A stretch of DNA of 64,000 nt from Neodothiora populina. Its lineage: Eukaryota. The notes below the pieces were generated by a model, which made no database searches, was not told the DNA's origin, and was given only the letters and a program-made list of their open reading frames with translations. This document shows, one piece after another, positions 61,336 to 64,000 of the stretch (positions are counted from its first letter, which is position 1; each line of letters starts with the position of its first letter). The stretch covers positions 682,001 to 746,000 of the forward strand of contig NW_027191410.1 in assembly GCF_041146345.1 (NCBI RefSeq), given 5' to 3'. Made by a program: the position numbers and the translations under genes.

Positions 61336-63888
61336 CTACTCCGGTACTTCTCGCCCCTTCTTGATCCTCTCGTTCGTCTTCTGGATACCCTTGAAAAACT
61401 TGCTCTTCGGCGCCTTTGACAGCTGCTTGTTCTGGCTCTTGTTGTACTCGATGTAAGCCATGTTACGGCCTCCGGCCAACTCGGCAAGCGACCCAGCAGT
61501 TCTTCGCACAGCTCCCTTGTGCTTGTGACCCCGAGGCATCTGCCGACCACTGAAGAGGTCGTCCTGGATGTTCTCAACTCCGCCTGCGTCTTCGCTCTGT
61601 AACAAAACATCCTGCAGCAACTCCATGCGTTCAGACTGTTGCTTGTAGTGTAGCTTCTCCATGCGATCGATACCGTTGAGATGTGTGATGACTTTGAAGG
61701 CGTAGCCTTGGTCGACGAGGAACGCCTGTCTTTTCGAAGAGTAGAACATCTCGTTCGTATCCTTGGAGACGAGCGAATAGAAGAAAGCATTGAAGCCCTC
61801 GTCGTTGCGACGCTTAGCCCGCAGAATCCTACCTAGTCTTTGAGCTTCCTGTCTCCGCGATCCGTAATGGCTGGAAATTTGAATCAGACAGGTGGCCTCG
61901 GGCAAATCAAGACTGGTGTCACCAATCTTGGAGAGGAGGATCGTCCTGACAGATTCATTCTGCTGGAAGTTCTGAAGCACATTCTCGCGCTCCTTTTGTG
62001 GTGTATCACCATAGATGAACGGTTTTGTGAGCTTCAGAGCGTACGCTTTGAGAGCATACACGTTGTCAGAGAAAACGATGACCTTGTCGCCTCGCTTCTC
62101 GTGGAAGTCTATCAGAAACTGACAGGCCTGAAACTTTCTAGGGTTCATGGTAGAGAGCAGTGATCGCTGGTTCGTGGTTCTCGATTTGAGGTACTCGGAA
62201 TAGAACTCAGTAGTCATCGGACACCAGACTTCAGCGCACTGCACTCGAGCGATGTGTCCCTCTTCAGATAATTGCAGCCAATTGGCTTCGTAAAGCTTCG
62301 GGCCAATCAAGAAATTGAGATCCTTGATCTTGTCATCTTCTCGAAGCAGAGTAGCTGTCAATCCTAACTTCGAGTGCGTCTTGATCTTAGATGTGACTCT
62401 GCGGAACATCTCAGCTGGAACAACGTGCACCTCATCAAGGACCATCAGACCCCATTCGCGAGACGTGATGAAGTCCATGACTTGTTGACTGTCGTGTGCC
62501 CTTCTGGTGTTTTGAGTGACCATACTGTAGGTGCAGATGATGATACCTGCTTTGGCATTCAACTTCTCCTTTTCTCCTGACGTGAAAATAGCAATATCGT
62601 CGGGATTAATGTTGGACCACTTCAAAAATTCGTACTTCCACTGCACCACACTCATGGCCGAGGTACACAGCACGATGGCGGACTTCTTCACAGTACATGC
62701 GGCAGTGATGCCGACCAAAGTCTTGCCTGCGCCACAGGGAAGAACGATGATGCCACTTCTAGCACGACCATTACCGAACATCTTGCTCAAAGCATGCTCC
62801 TGGTAGTAACGAATCTGGGCCGAGGGGCGGAGGTCGATGTCGAGATTGGCGTTTACTTCGTCGTTGCGGAAATCGTACTCCTCGGTGAGGGGCAACTGAA
62901 GCTTGACATTGCACTGTTCTTGGACAGCTTGAATCATATTTCCATCAATCTGGAACGAATGCACCTGGTCGCCCTCATCGTCATCGTCGTCGTCTTCGCG
63001 TAAGTAAGTGGTCATATCCTGTTCAGCGTTTGCCTTCTCTCCGTCATCTTCCTCGTCAGATTCATCATCGTCTTCTTCTTCCTGCTGTTTTCGGCGAGCG
63101 GCCTGCGCTTCCGCCTGTTTTACACCAGCCGCATCTTTAGTACCTGGAATGACCAGACCGGCCATCTGCGGAGCTTTCTCTTGTATCAACTCATCCGTCT
63201 CTTGAACTCTCGCGGCTCCGATGACGGGATCGCGAAGCAACATCTGCAACACGGCGGGATCCTGACTTTCGATCCAGTACTTGTTGTGTTTCAGAACCAG
63301 GCGCACTTTGCCGAATGATTGAGTTGCGGTGAAGATGAAAGTCTTGAGGCCTTCGGGCAGCCTCGTCTTGGAGAAGGTCTCCAACTGACGGATAATATCA
63401 TCGGTGGTCAGGCCAACAGATACGGCAGCGAACAGACTGTGGGCGGTGATAGTGTACTCGTGAACATTTGTAGTACGCGATTGCGGTTCGGCGATATTGA
63501 TCAGAAAGTTCTGAGCCTGCTTGAAGGAGGGAGAAAAGGTCTCAAGGACTACTTTGCCCTTTTCTGGGTCCAACCAGAGAGGACGCACGGCATGATCTGG
63601 TTTCAATTCAAGGTCGGAAAGGTCACGATTTGATTTGAAGAGAGAACTGGCAGCGTCCTTCTCTACATGTATCGGGTTCTTTGAACGGTATGATGACGCT
63701 TGGAATTTCTTGACTACATTTCCGAGGTCCTGTTGTGGCATAGAGCCGGCATCGTCGCCGTCGTCATCGGCGTAGTCGGAAAAATCGTCGTCGCTACTAC
63801 CCATACTAACAGGCGTGTTCGCCTCTGATGCCACACGTTTGGCAGGCCTGCTGGCACTGGCAGCCGGAGCCTTGCGTTTGGGCGCCAT
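61336..63888 (-). CDS. SSL2: TFIIH 3'-5' helicase/translocase XPB
   Basis: Motifs SGIIVLPCGAGKT, LDEVH, LGLTATLLREDDKI (RED motif) and SRRQEAQRLGRILR, plus the N-terminal XPB domain. Intronless, 850 aa. Confidence 0.98.
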   Translation of the reverse strand: MAPKRKAPAASASRPAKRVASEANTPVSMGSSDDDFSDYADDDGDDAGSMPQQDLGNVVKKFQASSYRSKNPIHVEKDAASSLFKSNRDLSDLELKPDHAVRPLWLDPEKGKVVLETFSPSFKQAQNFLINIAEPQSRTTNVHEYTITAHSLFAAVSVGLTTDDIIRQLETFSKTRLPEGLKTFIFTATQSFGKVRLVLKHNKYWIESQDPAVLQMLLRDPVIGAARVQETDELIQEKAPQMAGLVIPGTKDAAGVKQAEAQAARRKQQEEEDDDESDEEDDGEKANAEQDMTTYLREDDDDDDEGDQVHSFQIDGNMIQAVQEQCNVKLQLPLTEEYDFRNDEVNANLDIDLRPSAQIRYYQEHALSKMFGNGRARSGIIVLPCGAGKTLVGITAACTVKKSAIVLCTSAMSVVQWKYEFLKWSNINPDDIAIFTSGEKEKLNAKAGIIICTYSMVTQNTRRAHDSQQVMDFITSREWGLMVLDEVHVVPAEMFRRVTSKIKTHSKLGLTATLLREDDKIKDLNFLIGPKLYEANWLQLSEEGHIARVQCAEVWCPMTTEFYSEYLKSRTTNQRSLLSTMNPRKFQACQFLIDFHEKRGDKVIVFSDNVYALKAYALKLTKPFIYGDTPQKERENVLQNFQQNESVRTILLSKIGDTSLDLPEATCLIQISSHYGSRRQEAQRLGRILRAKRRNDEGFNAFFYSLVSKDTNEMFYSSKRQAFLVDQGYAFKVITHLNGIDRMEKLHYKQQSERMELLQDVLLQSEDAGGVENIQDDLFSGRQMPRGHKHKGAVRRTAGSLAELAGGRNMAYIEYNKSQNKQLSKAPKSKFFKGIQKTNERIKKGREVPE

Positions 63889-64000
63889 AGTTGCGACAGT
63901 GATGCGTTACGACGTTACAGTCCGCGTTGCAAGATGGAGGCTGGTAGTCGACAGGCGTGCTTTTGACTATGAATGCTGACTAAACGCTGCGACGGAGATA

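Overview
Gene-dense, intron-containing filamentous ascomycete genomic DNA (probably a Dothideomycete, judged from gene content and GT..CTRAC..YAG introns). About 24 protein genes can be built by hand. In order: ANTH/AP180 adaptor, homoisocitrate dehydrogenase, DUF1769 protein, mitoribosomal mS26-like protein, NOG2 GTPase, GH35 beta-galactosidase, Zn-macrodomain/SirTM fusion (Mfs1), bilirubin-oxidase-like multicopper oxidase, formate/nitrite transporter, PBDC1, Ste6-like ABC exporter, MARVEL protein, a conserved fungal hypothetical, DHA1 MFS, DTD-type rhodopsin, RPEL protein, DUR3-like urea transporter, F-box protein, low-complexity protein, O-methyltransferase, cysteine synthase, a short hypothetical, Bys1-like secreted protein and SSL2/XPB. 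The main non-obvious signals are: a fully resolvable H/ACA snoRNA (snR191/U19 type) in NOG2 intron 2; an unexplained perfect 68-bp inverted repeat between the convergent Bys1-like and SSL2 genes; a +1 frameshift in the DUR3-like gene; and an intronless Mfs1 ADP-ribosylation writer/eraser fusion. No tRNA, rRNA, CRISPR or autonomous transposon was recognised. I found no clearly novel multi-gene system. All family calls come from motif recognition, not database searches.
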